A DNA stretch of 64,000 nucleotides from an uncultured Pseudomonadota bacterium (GTDB lineage: Bacteria > Pseudomonadota > Alphaproteobacteria > Rs-D84), in contig CACZUD010000001.1 in assembly GCA_902784345.1 (NCBI GenBank), positions 30,810-94,809 on the forward strand, given 5' to 3'. Each line of letters starts with the position of its first letter. The stretch's first letter is position 1. The position numbers were made by a program, and so were the translations under genes. The notes below the pieces were generated by a model. The model had not been told where the DNA came from. It saw only the letters and a list, made by a program, of their open reading frames with translations, and searched no databases. Positions 53,604 to 63,652 of this stretch are shown here, piece by piece.

Positions 53604-54626
53604 ATGAAAAAGCTTTTTTATTTTATTTTTATTGTTGGTATGGCAATTCCCGCGTACGCAAAATTATCGGCAACCTTGTTTCCGACGACCGCACAGGATT
53701 TATCTTTTAAATCGCGTGTGGAAATTGCAACCGAAGGATACAAACCATTTCTAGACAAAAAAGCCTATGAAGAATTAAACGTTGTCCCAGGCGAAGAATT
53801 TTACACAGACCGAATAATCGCAGAAATGGAAGCAGAAAATAACCAGCAAGAAACAGATGCACGAACAATGTCTCTGAACGAATATTGTGCAAAATATCCT
53901 TATGATTATACAAAATGCCCGCGCCCAACAGAACCATCAGAAACAGTGCAACAAACACCACAAAGCCAGCAACTGACACAACAACAAACATATTTTTCTG
54001 GCAGAACGATTGGCGGGGGGCCTGTTGTTGAAAACAATTATGTAACTGGTGGTTCTTGTTATCCTGCAGCAAGAGACAGGAATTTTGAAGATAAAATTTG
54101 GACTACTGGTAAATATGAAAAAATGCATCCGGCATTTGAAAAAGGTTTAATCACTGTATTCAGGAAAGAAGGAAAATGTGGCAAAATCAGGGGTGATCAT
54201 TGCGGATACACTTGCTATGGGATAAGTGAGTGTGCCGGCGTACGCGTCAGTTCGCGTGCCGAAGCAGAAGAAGTTTATTACAAACAATATTGGAAACCAA
54301 AAAAATTTGAAAGATTACCAGACGTTATCGCCAGCGATGTGTTCGTGGCTGCTGTATGGAGTGGTAATGGTACAGCCATGCAACATCTCAGAGATTTTTT
54401 AGGTTTACCAATAAAAAGTACCCCTGTGGACAATGAAGTGGTAAAAGCTATCAATAATTACCAGGGCGATATATACAATGATTGGATAAATTATCGTGAA
54501 GCGTTTTTAATGGATGTCGCACGCCGACGCTATAACGGCAGTGTAAGCAACGGCTTCAGAAATGCGATTGAATTAAAACGCAAAAATGGATGCCATGTTC
54601 GTCCAACAGAACCACTTTATCGTTAA
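53604..54626 (+). CDS. Exported GH108-like peptidoglycan hydrolase (lysozyme-like)
   Basis: I set the start at MKKLFYFIFIVGMAIPAYA (signal peptide). The C-terminal half reads VFRKEGKCG...GYTCYGIS...AEEVYYKQYWKPKKFERLPDVIASDVFVAAVWSGNGTAMQHLRDFLGL. By eye it follows the GH108 pattern EGG...GGxTxYGI...YxxxYWxxxxxxxLPxxxAxxxFDxAVNxGxxxAxxxLQ. Confidence 0.6.
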   Translation: MKKLFYFIFIVGMAIPAYAKLSATLFPTTAQDLSFKSRVEIATEGYKPFLDKKAYEELNVVPGEEFYTDRIIAEMEAENNQQETDARTMSLNEYCAKYPYDYTKCPRPTEPSETVQQTPQSQQLTQQQTYFSGRTIGGGPVVENNYVTGGSCYPAARDRNFEDKIWTTGKYEKMHPAFEKGLITVFRKEGKCGKIRGDHCGYTCYGISECAGVRVSSRAEAEEVYYKQYWKPKKFERLPDVIASDVFVAAVWSGNGTAMQHLRDFLGLPIKSTPVDNEVVKAINNYQGDIYNDWINYREAFLMDVARRRYNGSVSNGFRNAIELKRKNGCHVRPTEPLYR

Positions 54627-54670
54627 AAATGTACTTGTTTATTTATACAAAACACACTAAAATAAAAAGC

Positions 54671-55573
54671 ATGAGAAAAAGAATCTTTGGTTTTATGGCA
54701 CTGTTATTCATCGCTGCCGATGCGTTTGCAGTGAACAACTATATTCCAAAAAAATTTAATACTGTAACTTCATATGACGATGTTTATCCTTATCGGTTAA
54801 ACAACACGAAAACAAATACTAACGCAAAAGATATATCGACAACAACTGCCAGACGCGCGGTCGTTCCCCGTTCAACAAAAACAGCACGTGCAACAGCAAA
54901 TACTGCCGCACCACAAGCGCGTCGTGTTGTTCAACGTTCTAACACACGTGCACGCGCTGCAAACAATTCCGTATCTAGTACAAACGTTGGTGCACGTTCT
55001 GCAACCGCACCAATACGCGTACGAAACACAAATACGACACGCACAACAACGACAACATATTACAACACAACAAACGAACAACCTTCTTCTCAACGTTGCA
55101 TGGCTGATTACAAAGAATGTATGGAAGATTATTGCAAACGCGAAGATACTGCCTATAATCGTTGCTATTGCAGTGCGCGCTTGGCACAAATTGATGCAAA
55201 ATATCAAAATAAAATCGACGAATTAATTCAAAAAATTATCCGTTTGAAATACAACACTAATGCAAACAGTGATGAAATCAAAGAATACTGGAATCAAACA
55301 GTTGGCACACAAACAGGGGACAATCCTTGGGTGAATATTGATAATGCTCTTAATATTGAATGGGCAGATGCACAAAGCCGTATTCGCGGACAAAACGCCT
55401 TTAATACGGGACATCAATATTGTTCTCAACATTTACGCGCATGTTATTATATGGCATCGAATTTGCGTGATGCGTACAAATCTGAAATTGCACGCGATTG
55501 TGAAGCGTACGAAAAAAGCTTGCAAAGAATCCAAGATGCCGCAGAAAGTGTGATAGAGAGTTATAATGATTAA
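54671..55573 (+). CDS. Cysteine-rich exported protein (300 aa), small paralogue of the 26298 gene's N-module
   Basis: I set the start at MRKRIFGFMALLFIAADAFA. A basic Thr/Arg/Asn-rich linker follows (ARRAVVPRSTKTARATANTAAPQARRVVQRSNTRARA...). It then has CMADYKECMEDYCKREDTAYNRCYCSAR. Confidence 0.7.
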   Translation: MRKRIFGFMALLFIAADAFAVNNYIPKKFNTVTSYDDVYPYRLNNTKTNTNAKDISTTTARRAVVPRSTKTARATANTAAPQARRVVQRSNTRARAANNSVSSTNVGARSATAPIRVRNTNTTRTTTTTYYNTTNEQPSSQRCMADYKECMEDYCKREDTAYNRCYCSARLAQIDAKYQNKIDELIQKIIRLKYNTNANSDEIKEYWNQTVGTQTGDNPWVNIDNALNIEWADAQSRIRGQNAFNTGHQYCSQHLRACYYMASNLRDAYKSEIARDCEAYEKSLQRIQDAAESVIESYND

Positions 55574-56408
55574 ATTTCTTGGTGTAGAATATAGTCGTGG
55601 CGCAACAGCAAAAATAATAGATGGTGGACCTGCATTGGCACCATGTGCTGTTCAGAAAATGTTTCCAAATGCAGATTGGACAATTATTACTTCTGACCGA
55701 ATCGAAAATCCAGATTCTATAACAGACAGATTTGAAGATGCTTTCAATGTACATAAAAAAATATATGCAAATACACCAAACGAAAAACACATATTCATAG
55801 GTGGCGATCACAGCGTAAATTTTTCTCACTTTGCAAAAATCGCGGACCAATATCCAGATGAAGATTTATGCTTGATATATTTTGATGCGCACTTTGATAT
55901 TCATACCCCAGAATCATCTAAATCCGAAGCTTCTGGCGCACCACATGGTACAAATGTTCGACATCTGTTGGGCGAAGGGGATTCACGATGGTTGTCTTTG
56001 CAAAATAAAAAACCAGCATTAAAACCTGAAAATTTATTCTTTTTGGGTTCGCGTTCTTTTGAACCATCTGAAATCAAATACGTGAAAGACAATAATATTT
56101 TTTATCGTGTTCCTGCCCAACTGCGAACGCAACCAGATTGGCGTAATGCGTTTCAAGAAATCCGTAACCGCATTGGAAACAAAAAATTTATCGTGTCATT
56201 AGATTTTGACGGCATAGACCCAAAATTCTTCAAAGATGTTTGGGTACCAGAACCAAACGGGCTATCAATTGATTGTGCACGCGATTTCGTCAACGAATTT
56301 AAAGATGCCATAAATTTTGAATTTGTAGAATATGCCGTTTCTGGCGATAAAGAAAGTGCAGATGCCGTACAAGAATTAATCGGAATTGTTGCAAAAACAT
56401 TTGATTAA
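55566..56408 (+). CDS. Arginase/agmatinase/formiminoglutamase-family ureohydrolase
   Basis: IGGDHSVNF, LIYFDAHFDIHTP and IVSLDFDGIDP are the Mn-binding motifs of the family. Confidence 0.8.
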   Translation: MIKFLGVEYSRGATAKIIDGGPALAPCAVQKMFPNADWTIITSDRIENPDSITDRFEDAFNVHKKIYANTPNEKHIFIGGDHSVNFSHFAKIADQYPDEDLCLIYFDAHFDIHTPESSKSEASGAPHGTNVRHLLGEGDSRWLSLQNKKPALKPENLFFLGSRSFEPSEIKYVKDNNIFYRVPAQLRTQPDWRNAFQEIRNRIGNKKFIVSLDFDGIDPKFFKDVWVPEPNGLSIDCARDFVNEFKDAINFEFVEYAVSGDKESADAVQELIGIVAKTFD

Positions 56409-56587
56409 TTTTCACATTTCAAATTATGTCTGTAAATATTTCGCGCTAAATCATCACTTATGTTTTCCCAATCTGATGCATGACCATATATTATATCACA
56501 ATCACAAATCACCCTATTCTGCGATTGAGTATTTATCGCGCAAGAAGCGACGAATATCAGCCACCCCAGTTTTAAAAACTTTGTCAT
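56405..56587 (-). CDS. Small lipoprotein (60 aa) encoded in an alternative frame overlapping the 3' end of 56514..56741
   Basis: MTKFLKLGWLIFVASC has the lipobox VASC. AGGAAAGGA lies 6 nt upstream of its ATG, inside the upstream ORF. The mature part is ~44 aa with 4 Cys. Confidence 0.45.
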   Translation of the reverse strand: MTKFLKLGWLIFVASCAINTQSQNRVICDCDIIYGHASDWENISDDLARNIYRHNLKCEN

Positions 56588-56741
56588 TTAAAATCCTTTC
56601 CTTTGTTTGATTTTGTTCTTTTGTTCTTATCTGATTTTGCAAGTTTTGTGTTTCACATTTTGAAACCCCAACATTTTTTCCATAAAAAAATGCGCCAACA
56701 GTTATGGCGCACATTAATATTGTTAAATATATTTTTGTCAT
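56514..56741 (-). CDS. Small N-terminally anchored membrane protein (75 aa)
   Basis: The TM is IYLTILMCAITVGAFFY, followed by a polar Gln/Lys/Glu-rich region. AAGGG lies upstream of the ATG. Confidence 0.45.
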   Translation of the reverse strand: MTKIYLTILMCAITVGAFFYGKNVGVSKCETQNLQNQIRTKEQNQTKERILNDKVFKTGVADIRRFLRDKYSIAE

Positions 56742-56754
56742 TATAAAACCCTTA

Positions 56755-56783
56755 TGAAAAAACCGCCAAAATGGCGGTTTGGT
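56755..56783 (-). terminator. Intrinsic terminator after rho
   Basis: In minus sense: AACCGCC-ATTTT-GGCGGTT followed by TTTTTC. Confidence 0.65.
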
Positions 56784-58052
56784 TTACTGATTCATTGAAT
56801 TAAAGAAATCTTCATTTGTTTTTGTTAATCGTAATTTATCCAACAAAAATTCCATTGCTTCCAGTGTACCCATTGGATTAATTATGCGACGTAAAACATA
56901 CATTTTGGACAAGACATCTTTTGAAACCAACAAATCTTCTTTACGTGTTCCAGATTTTGTAATATCAATCGCAGGATATACACGTTTATCAGATAATTTT
57001 CTGTCCAAAATAATTTCGCTGTTACCTGTTCCTTTAAATTCTTCGAAAACAACTTCGTCCATCTTGGAACCAGTATCAATCAAAGCAGTCGCAATGATTG
57101 TCAAGGAACCACCACCTTCGATGTTACGCGCCGCACCAAAGAAACGCTTTGGACGCTGCAAAGCATACGCATCAACACCACCAGTTAAAACTTTACCACT
57201 GGATGGAACAACTGTGTTATATGCACGTCCCAAACGTGTAATGGAATCAAGCAAGATAACAACATCTTGGCCTGCTTCGACCAAACGTTTTGCTTTTTCG
57301 ATAACCATTTCGGCAACCTGAATATGACGTGTTGCAGGTTCATCGAAAGTCGAAGAAATAACTTCACCACGAACACTGCGTTGCATATCTGTAACTTCTT
57401 CTGGACGTTCGTCAATCAAAAGCACTATCAATTTCACATCAGGATAATTTGTTGCAATAGAATGTGCAATATTCTGCAACATAACTGTCTTACCAGTTCT
57501 TGGTGGCGCAACAATCAAAGAACGTTGCCCTTTACCAGTTGGTGAAATCAAATCAATCACACGCGCAGATAAATTGCGTCCTTTGTCTGTATCATTAACA
57601 ACTTCCATTTGTAATTTTTCGTCTGGATATAACGGGGTCATATCATCAAAAGAAATGCGATGACGTAATTTTTCAGGATCCTCTCCGTTAACGCGTTCTA
57701 TGGTTTCCAGTGCGAAATAGCGTTCAGATTCATTTTGTGGAGCTTGAATTTGACCTTCGACATAATCACCTGTCTTAAGACCATATTTTTTGATCAAATT
57801 TGGTGAAACATATAAATCATCTGGGCCGGCCAAATAATTACTTTCTGGCGCACGCAGAAACCCAAAACCATCTGGCATGCGTTCCAAAACACCATCGCCA
57901 ATCAAAACGATAGACTTATCTGCGGCATATACACGCATAACCGCGAAACGCAACTGTTGTACGTTTAATTGCGAAGGATTTTCAATCCCCATGTCTTCAG
58001 CCATCTTCAACAACTGTTGAGGCGACTTTGTCTTTAATTCATTTACATGCAT
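56784..58052 (-). CDS. rho: Transcription termination factor Rho
   Basis: 422 aa with an N-terminal RNA-binding domain, Walker A (APPRTGKT) and the typical C-terminus. Confidence 0.97.
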   Translation of the reverse strand: MHVNELKTKSPQQLLKMAEDMGIENPSQLNVQQLRFAVMRVYAADKSIVLIGDGVLERMPDGFGFLRAPESNYLAGPDDLYVSPNLIKKYGLKTGDYVEGQIQAPQNESERYFALETIERVNGEDPEKLRHRISFDDMTPLYPDEKLQMEVVNDTDKGRNLSARVIDLISPTGKGQRSLIVAPPRTGKTVMLQNIAHSIATNYPDVKLIVLLIDERPEEVTDMQRSVRGEVISSTFDEPATRHIQVAEMVIEKAKRLVEAGQDVVILLDSITRLGRAYNTVVPSSGKVLTGGVDAYALQRPKRFFGAARNIEGGGSLTIIATALIDTGSKMDEVVFEEFKGTGNSEIILDRKLSDKRVYPAIDITKSGTRKEDLLVSKDVLSKMYVLRRIINPMGTLEAMEFLLDKLRLTKTNEDFFNSMNQ

Positions 58053-58179
58053 AAAAAAACCTTTTTTGTGGAAATCACGAACGAGAATTCGTCGCTTTGA
58101 TAGTGTTATTATAGTGAAAAATCAAATAAAAGTCAAGAAAGGGACACAAAAAAACACGCAAGAGAAAAATTAAATTATG

Positions 58180-58329
58180 TTATTTTTCCAAACCAGAACC
58201 AACGATATCAATATCGCGCTTTTTAAATTCTGCGGCAAAATTCACAACATTCAGTTTTTTAACACCAGCCTTGAAACCCGCGACTTTCACGGCTTCTTTT
58301 GCTTTTTGAAAAGACTCTTGTGTTGCCAT
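58180..58329 (-). CDS. Possible 49-aa small protein (below the ORF-track cutoff)
   Basis: Hand translation gives MATQESFQKAKEAVKVAGFKAGVKKLNVVNFAAEFKKRDIDIVGSGLEK. AAGG lies ~10 nt upstream. It sits in the rho upstream region. Confidence 0.25.
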   Translation of the reverse strand: MATQESFQKAKEAVKVAGFKAGVKKLNVVNFAAEFKKRDIDIVGSGLEK

Positions 58330-58493
58330 CTTTTTTACCTTTTACACTTTTATTTCTATATCAATTGTTGTCATAATATACCAAATAAACTTTTTTGTCA
58401 AGTATATTTGTCAATATTTTTAAAAATCTATTTCCGTCTTTATTTTCATACCTGCTCCTTCTATTAACCAAATAAACTTTTAAGTATATCTGT

Positions 58494-59954
58494 TTAATAT
58501 ATCTTTACAACTTCCATGTCGTCATCACAGTCTTCGCAAACATCGGTTTCAGAATATTCTTCAACTACAATTGGTGCAGGCTTTGGCTGCTCTGTATAAT
58601 GAACTTCCTTAACAACGCGAACACGACGATTTTCCGCGTTTCTGGTATTATTTGGTGTTGGGACTTTCAAATCTTCTTCCCCTGCCGATACCGCTATTAT
58701 CTGCGAAGCCGGTATTCCGTATTCAATCAGCATCTTTTGGACTGCCTCTGCTCTGCGGCCACCAAGTGCGTAATTATATGAACTGGATCCGACAGTATCA
58801 GTATGACCAACAACAGAAACTTTTACATTTTTATTAGCACGCGTTGTTTCTGCTAATTTTTTAATTAAATCTTCATATTCTGGTTTGATTGTTGATTTAT
58901 CAAAATCAAATCTGACTTCAAAGATTTCTTCCATAACATGCTGTTTTGGTTCCAATGGAATCTGTTGAACTTTGATAACAGTTTTATCATTAGAAACAGA
59001 CACAGGTTTACCATCCAAACGAGCATTTATTGCAGCCAATTCTTCCCGCATAGCGACCATCAGTTCAATAAATTCATTTCTTGACACATAATCTTCATCA
59101 AGATCTTTTTTTGGTTCTGAAGTCTCTGAGGCATTGATAACATCATTATCTGCACTCAAGCTTTCGTCGCCACCATAAATATTTTGATTAAATATCATTG
59201 GTGGTTGTACCTGCTGTTGTGGCATAGAAATCGTAACAGGAACCGGCTGGACCAAATTACCTGGGATATTTACATTATTCACGATGACAACACCATCGCG
59301 CGAACGAGATGTTCCCACCATAGCATTCAAACGACGTGTTTCTGGATAATATTTTTCTTCTTCAACCTTTGGTGTTAAATTTTCAGATTTAACACGTGTT
59401 GGGCCAACAATTTTTCCTTCTGCACAATCTTTCAAAGCCTGCAACGTTGCAATAAAACGACTTTTACATTCCTGAGCTGTTGCATTTTGACCACTGGCTG
59501 CCGCAGATATCCAACAATCAAATTTAGCCTGAGCTTCCGCCGCCAATTGGGGTTGATCTTGCGATACATCGCTATTCAACTGATTAATCAAATCATTATA
59601 AGCCGTATAAATTTCAAATCTTTCACTGTCATCATCTACGCGCCAATTTTCCAACGATTCAGGAAAAGGTGTTTCGCCAGAAAATGCGCCAATCGCCTTT
59701 TGTGCAAACAATTCTGCAACATCTGGATAGTTACTTGTTCTGGCATTATAAATTGCATAGGAACGATAATTCATTGCCAACTGATTTAAAAAAGAATCTT
59801 GATGCGGAGCATCTTCCACATTTAATTGTTCAACATATTCCACTGCAGGCATTTGATATTCTGCATCTTGTGAATACCTTCCAGTACCAGCACAACCAAC
59901 CAAAGCAACACAAGCCAACAAAGACAATGTTGATACACAATATTTGTTTTTCAT
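58494..59954 (-). CDS. OmpA-family peptidoglycan-associated lipoprotein
   Basis: I set the start at MKNKYCVSTLSLLACVALVGCAG (lipobox LVGC). The C-terminal OmpA-like domain reads FDFDKSTIKPEY...VGHTDTVGSSSYNYALGGRRAEAV...NRRVRV. It ends in an acidic Cys-containing tail. Confidence 0.8.
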   Translation of the reverse strand: MKNKYCVSTLSLLACVALVGCAGTGRYSQDAEYQMPAVEYVEQLNVEDAPHQDSFLNQLAMNYRSYAIYNARTSNYPDVAELFAQKAIGAFSGETPFPESLENWRVDDDSERFEIYTAYNDLINQLNSDVSQDQPQLAAEAQAKFDCWISAAASGQNATAQECKSRFIATLQALKDCAEGKIVGPTRVKSENLTPKVEEEKYYPETRRLNAMVGTSRSRDGVVIVNNVNIPGNLVQPVPVTISMPQQQVQPPMIFNQNIYGGDESLSADNDVINASETSEPKKDLDEDYVSRNEFIELMVAMREELAAINARLDGKPVSVSNDKTVIKVQQIPLEPKQHVMEEIFEVRFDFDKSTIKPEYEDLIKKLAETTRANKNVKVSVVGHTDTVGSSSYNYALGGRRAEAVQKMLIEYGIPASQIIAVSAGEEDLKVPTPNNTRNAENRRVRVVKEVHYTEQPKPAPIVVEEYSETDVCEDCDDDMEVVKIY

Positions 59955-60056
59955 TATTGTTCCTTTCCTAAATATACACTGTATTATACATTTTTTTTGA
60001 AATTGAGTAAAGAGAAAAAGCACACAAAACACATCTTTAAGAGAAAAATTTATAAA

Positions 60057-60842
60057 TTATTTATCCATCACCTGTGTAGCCATAGAACCCAGCGACGGCA
60101 ACATAGATTTTAAATCCCCACTGCCCCCCATTGAAGACACAGCATCCAACACAGACGTCGTTCCTGCCGCGCCGGTTGATTGACCAACACTGCTTAAAGT
60201 TTGTGTCAAAAAGCCACCGTATAATTCAGCCTTTGCCGCTTTAATTCTTGACGGCGAACAGCGCTCTGCTTTTTCTTTTAACTTACTAATTTTTGTTGCT
60301 TCTGCTTTCGTATAATCGGCTTCACTGAAAGGTATTTTTTCAAAGATTTCATACATATTTGTTTCAACTGTACAATTTTTGCCACCATCCTTGCATCTTT
60401 TCCCAGAACTTACTTTCGGAAAATTTAGCCAAACAGTCTTATCGTCTGCATTGGTTTTGAAAACTTCATAACATTTTTCACTATCATCATCAAAATCAAG
60501 ATGATATTGGAAAGCATCTGTACAATCCCTGTCGCCCAAACCACTATGTGCATTTTCTGGTGTTGTTTCACCCAACTTTGCCCATTCTTTTACTAAATCA
60601 TTAACAGTATTGATTTCATCAGAAGTCGGCGTACAATCAGCAGTTAATTGTTTTTGTTGCGCTTGCAAATTTTGCACACTGCCGACCAATCCAACAACCG
60701 TCGGCACCAAACTGGTCGCCGTATCTGTGGCACTTGCCTTTTTTGTCGCAACGGGTGCAGCCTTCTTTATATTAACAGCAGCCTGCGACACACATGTCAC
60801 AGCACATGCACAAATAACAAAGATAGACAAGAACTTCTTCAT
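60057..60842 (-). CDS. Exported hypothetical protein (6 Cys in the mature part)
   Basis: I set the start at MKKFLSIFVICACAVTCVSQA (signal peptide). No recognisable family. Confidence 0.55.
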   Translation of the reverse strand: MKKFLSIFVICACAVTCVSQAAVNIKKAAPVATKKASATDTATSLVPTVVGLVGSVQNLQAQQKQLTADCTPTSDEINTVNDLVKEWAKLGETTPENAHSGLGDRDCTDAFQYHLDFDDDSEKCYEVFKTNADDKTVWLNFPKVSSGKRCKDGGKNCTVETNMYEIFEKIPFSEADYTKAEATKISKLKEKAERCSPSRIKAAKAELYGGFLTQTLSSVGQSTGAAGTTSVLDAVSSMGGSGDLKSMLPSLGSMATQVMDK

Positions 60843-60925
60843 CTCTCTCTGGCACATTATATCACAAAAAAAAGATTATATAAATATAAAAATTGCATTT
60901 TGATTTATAAACCGCTACAGTGTTT

Positions 60926-61408
60926 ATGATGAAAAATGACCGGCGTAATTTTATTATCATATCAAAGCACAAACGACTTACTCGACTTTGGCAGTTTTTC
61001 TTTACTGGCTGGGGTTTGGTCATGGTCGCGGTATTGGTGGCGACATCACTTTTGACCAAGCAAATTTTATGGACCCCGATAAGCGTAATAAATATGCACG
61101 ATATTGTAACAAACCAATTTAAAATGACTAATGCCTCTTTTGTCGGCACAGATAAAGATGGAAACCCTTTTAAAATAAACGCAGAATCTGGACGACAGGA
61201 ATACAAAAAACCAGATATAATTTTCTTGGAAAAACCGTCCGGTGTTGTCACGCGAAATACAGAAAAAGGCAAAGTAACAGATAAAGTTTCTGCAACGTCT
61301 GGTCAATTTAACATAAAAACCAAAGAATTAAAACTGCGTGGAAAAGTCAATGTTGACTCCAGTAACGGCGATAAAATTTTAACGAAAGAAATGGTGATAC
61401 AATTATGA
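60926..61408 (+). CDS. LptC-like LPS export protein (tentative)
   Basis: It has an N-terminal TM (LWQFFFTGWGLVMVAVLVATSLL) followed by a beta-rich ~110-aa domain. Its stop overlaps the lptB start. The assignment rests mainly on position. Confidence 0.5.
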   Translation: MMKNDRRNFIIISKHKRLTRLWQFFFTGWGLVMVAVLVATSLLTKQILWTPISVINMHDIVTNQFKMTNASFVGTDKDGNPFKINAESGRQEYKKPDIIFLEKPSGVVTRNTEKGKVTDKVSATSGQFNIKTKELKLRGKVNVDSSNGDKILTKEMVIQL

Positions 61409-62136
61409 TAAAAAAATCTGTATTAAAGGTCGAACATTTATCAAAAAATTACGGGAAACGCGTTGTCTTACGCGACATATCCCTGATTGCAAATCAAGGT
61501 GAATCTGTCGGACTACTTGGTCCAAACGGTGCCGGAAAGACAACAGCATTCTATTGCATCACGGGACAATTAGCGGCTTCCAGCGGTCAAATATTTTTAA
61601 ATTCTCAAGATATTACTCACTTGCCTTTTTATCAGCGTTCACGTCTGCACATTGGATACCTGCCCCAAGAAAACAGCGTATTTCGTGGTCTGTCCGTAGA
61701 AGATAACATTATGGCTATTTTGGAAATTGTCGAACCGAATCGCAAAAAACGCGAAGAAAAATTAAATGCTTTGTTGGATGAATTTTCCATTGCGTTTTTG
61801 CGCAAAAGCCCTGCAACTGCATTATCTGGTGGCGAACGTCGTCGCGTTGAAATCGCACGTGCATTGGCAAACGATCCTAAATTTATTTTGTTGGACGAAC
61901 CTTTTGCTGGTATCGATCCTATTGCGGTAAACGAAATTCGTGAATTGGTATCTCAATTAAAACACAGGGGATTGGGTGTTATCATCACAGACCATAATGT
62001 TCGTGAAACATTGGGCATTACAGATCGCAGTTATGTTCTACACGATGGAAAAATTTTAAAACACGGAACAACTGACGAAATAGTCAAAGATGAAATGGTT
62101 AAAAAAGTTTATCTTGGCGAAAACTTCACTATGTAA
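61405..62136 (+). CDS. lptB: LPS export ABC transporter ATP-binding protein LptB
   Basis: GLLGPNGAGKTT, LSGGERRRVEIARALANDPKFILLDEPFAGIDP and ITDHNVRETL. Confidence 0.9.
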   Translation: MIKKSVLKVEHLSKNYGKRVVLRDISLIANQGESVGLLGPNGAGKTTAFYCITGQLAASSGQIFLNSQDITHLPFYQRSRLHIGYLPQENSVFRGLSVEDNIMAILEIVEPNRKKREEKLNALLDEFSIAFLRKSPATALSGGERRRVEIARALANDPKFILLDEPFAGIDPIAVNEIRELVSQLKHRGLGVIITDHNVRETLGITDRSYVLHDGKILKHGTTDEIVKDEMVKKVYLGENFTM

Positions 62137-62157
62137 ATGAAAAAGGAAAGGTAAAAT

Positions 62158-63420
62158 ATGTTTACAATTGAAAAAATTCATGCGCGTCAAATCATGGATT
62201 CGCGCGGCAATCCAACGGTTGAATGTGATATTTGGTTAAAAGGCGGTGCGTTTGGTCGTGCTTCTGTCCCATCTGGTGCATCGACAGGTTCCTTTGAAGC
62301 ATTGGAATTAAGAGATGGCGATAAAGCATATATGGGCAAATCTGTTTTCAAAGCAGTTAAAAATGTAAATGAAATTATTGCACCGGCTGTTATCGGTATG
62401 GACGCGACAAAACAATCTGACATTGACAATAAAATGCTCGCATTGGACGGCACCCCAAACAAAGAAAAACTGGGTGCAAATGCTATTTTATCTGTATCTT
62501 TGGCGGTTGCACACGCGGCAGCAAACGCACAAAAAATACCTCTTTATAAACACATTGCAAATATATTCGGAAACCCGAATCCATGTGTTTTGCCAAGACC
62601 GATGATGAACATTGTTAATGGTGGTGCACATGCAGATAACGGCCTTGATGCACAAGAATTTATGATTATTCCAAACGGTGCAAAAAATGAAGTCGAAGCG
62701 ATTCGTATGGGATCTGAAATTTTTCATAATTTAAAATCTATTTTGAAAAAATCCCATCATTCTACGAACGTCGGTGACGAAGGTGGTTTTGCACCAAACT
62801 TTAACACTTGCAACGAAGCTTTGGACACAATCGTCGAAGCAATAAAAGCGGCTGGATATATTCCAGGAAAAGATGTATCGATTGGTTTAGATGTCGCATC
62901 ATCTGAATTTTATAAAGATGGTATTTATCATTTTGAAGGTGCAACAAAAACATCTGATGAAATGATAGCATTTTATGAAAAACTGATTTCTGAATATCCT
63001 GTGATTTCTATCGAAGACGCCTTGGCAGAAGAAGATTGGGATGCATGGAAAAAATTAACATCGAAAATCGGAAACAAATGTCAATTGGTTGGGGATGATT
63101 TATTTGTAACTAATCCGATTCGTCTGAAAAAAGGTATTGAAAACAATTGTGCGAACGCGATTTTAATCAAAGTCAACCAAATTGGTTCATTAACAGAAAC
63201 ATTGACTGCAATCAAAATGGCACAGGATGCGAATTATGGTGTTATCGTTTCTCACCGCAGTGGCGAAACCGAAGACACAACAATTGCCGATTTGGCCGTC
63301 GCGACAAATGCAGGACAAATAAAAACAGGATCTATGTCACGTACGGATCGCATGGCAAAATATAACCAATTAATCCGTATATCCGAAGAATTGGGAACAA
63401 AAGCAAAATATGGAATATAA
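62158..63420 (+). CDS. eno: Enolase
   Basis: [33 protein letters not shown] and [18 protein letters not shown]. Confidence 0.97.
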   Translation: MFTIEKIHARQIMDSRGNPTVECDIWLKGGAFGRASVPSGASTGSFEALELRDGDKAYMGKSVFKAVKNVNEIIAPAVIGMDATKQSDIDNKMLALDGTPNKEKLGANAILSVSLAVAHAAANAQKIPLYKHIANIFGNPNPCVLPRPMMNIVNGGAHADNGLDAQEFMIIPNGAKNEVEAIRMGSEIFHNLKSILKKSHHSTNVGDEGGFAPNFNTCNEALDTIVEAIKAAGYIPGKDVSIGLDVASSEFYKDGIYHFEGATKTSDEMIAFYEKLISEYPVISIEDALAEEDWDAWKKLTSKIGNKCQLVGDDLFVTNPIRLKKGIENNCANAILIKVNQIGSLTETLTAIKMAQDANYGVIVSHRSGETEDTTIADLAVATNAGQIKTGSMSRTDRMAKYNQLIRISEELGTKAKYGI

Positions 63421-63627
63421 ATGATTACTTTGAACGGTCTTTTGTTGGTATTGAAATATATTGTAATTATAACAATATTGGTATGTATTGTTTTGGCACC
63501 TGCATATTTAGCCGCCGCAAACGATCGTTCAAAATATGACAGAATGCGTATTCGCATGGGATCGCTGATGTTCGGATGGTCATTTATAAGCTGGATTTTT
63601 GCCTTGTTTATAAGCGCAAAAAAATAA
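63421..63627 (+). CDS. Small membrane protein, superinfection-immunity (Imm)-like pattern
   Basis: 68 aa starting directly after the eno stop. It has two hydrophobic helices, and LAPAYLAAANDRSKYDR...LMFGWSFISWIFALFIS resembles the YFLPxxIA...GWTxxGWxxAL pattern. This is a weak by-eye match. Confidence 0.45.
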   Translation: MITLNGLLLVLKYIVIITILVCIVLAPAYLAAANDRSKYDRMRIRMGSLMFGWSFISWIFALFISAKK

Positions 63628-63652
63628 TCGCCTTTTATGGCGATTATTTTTG
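63626..63652. terminator. Bidirectional intrinsic terminator
   Basis: AATCGCC-TTTTAT-GGCGATT followed by ATTTTTG. The stop of the M23 gene lies in the stem. Confidence 0.6.
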
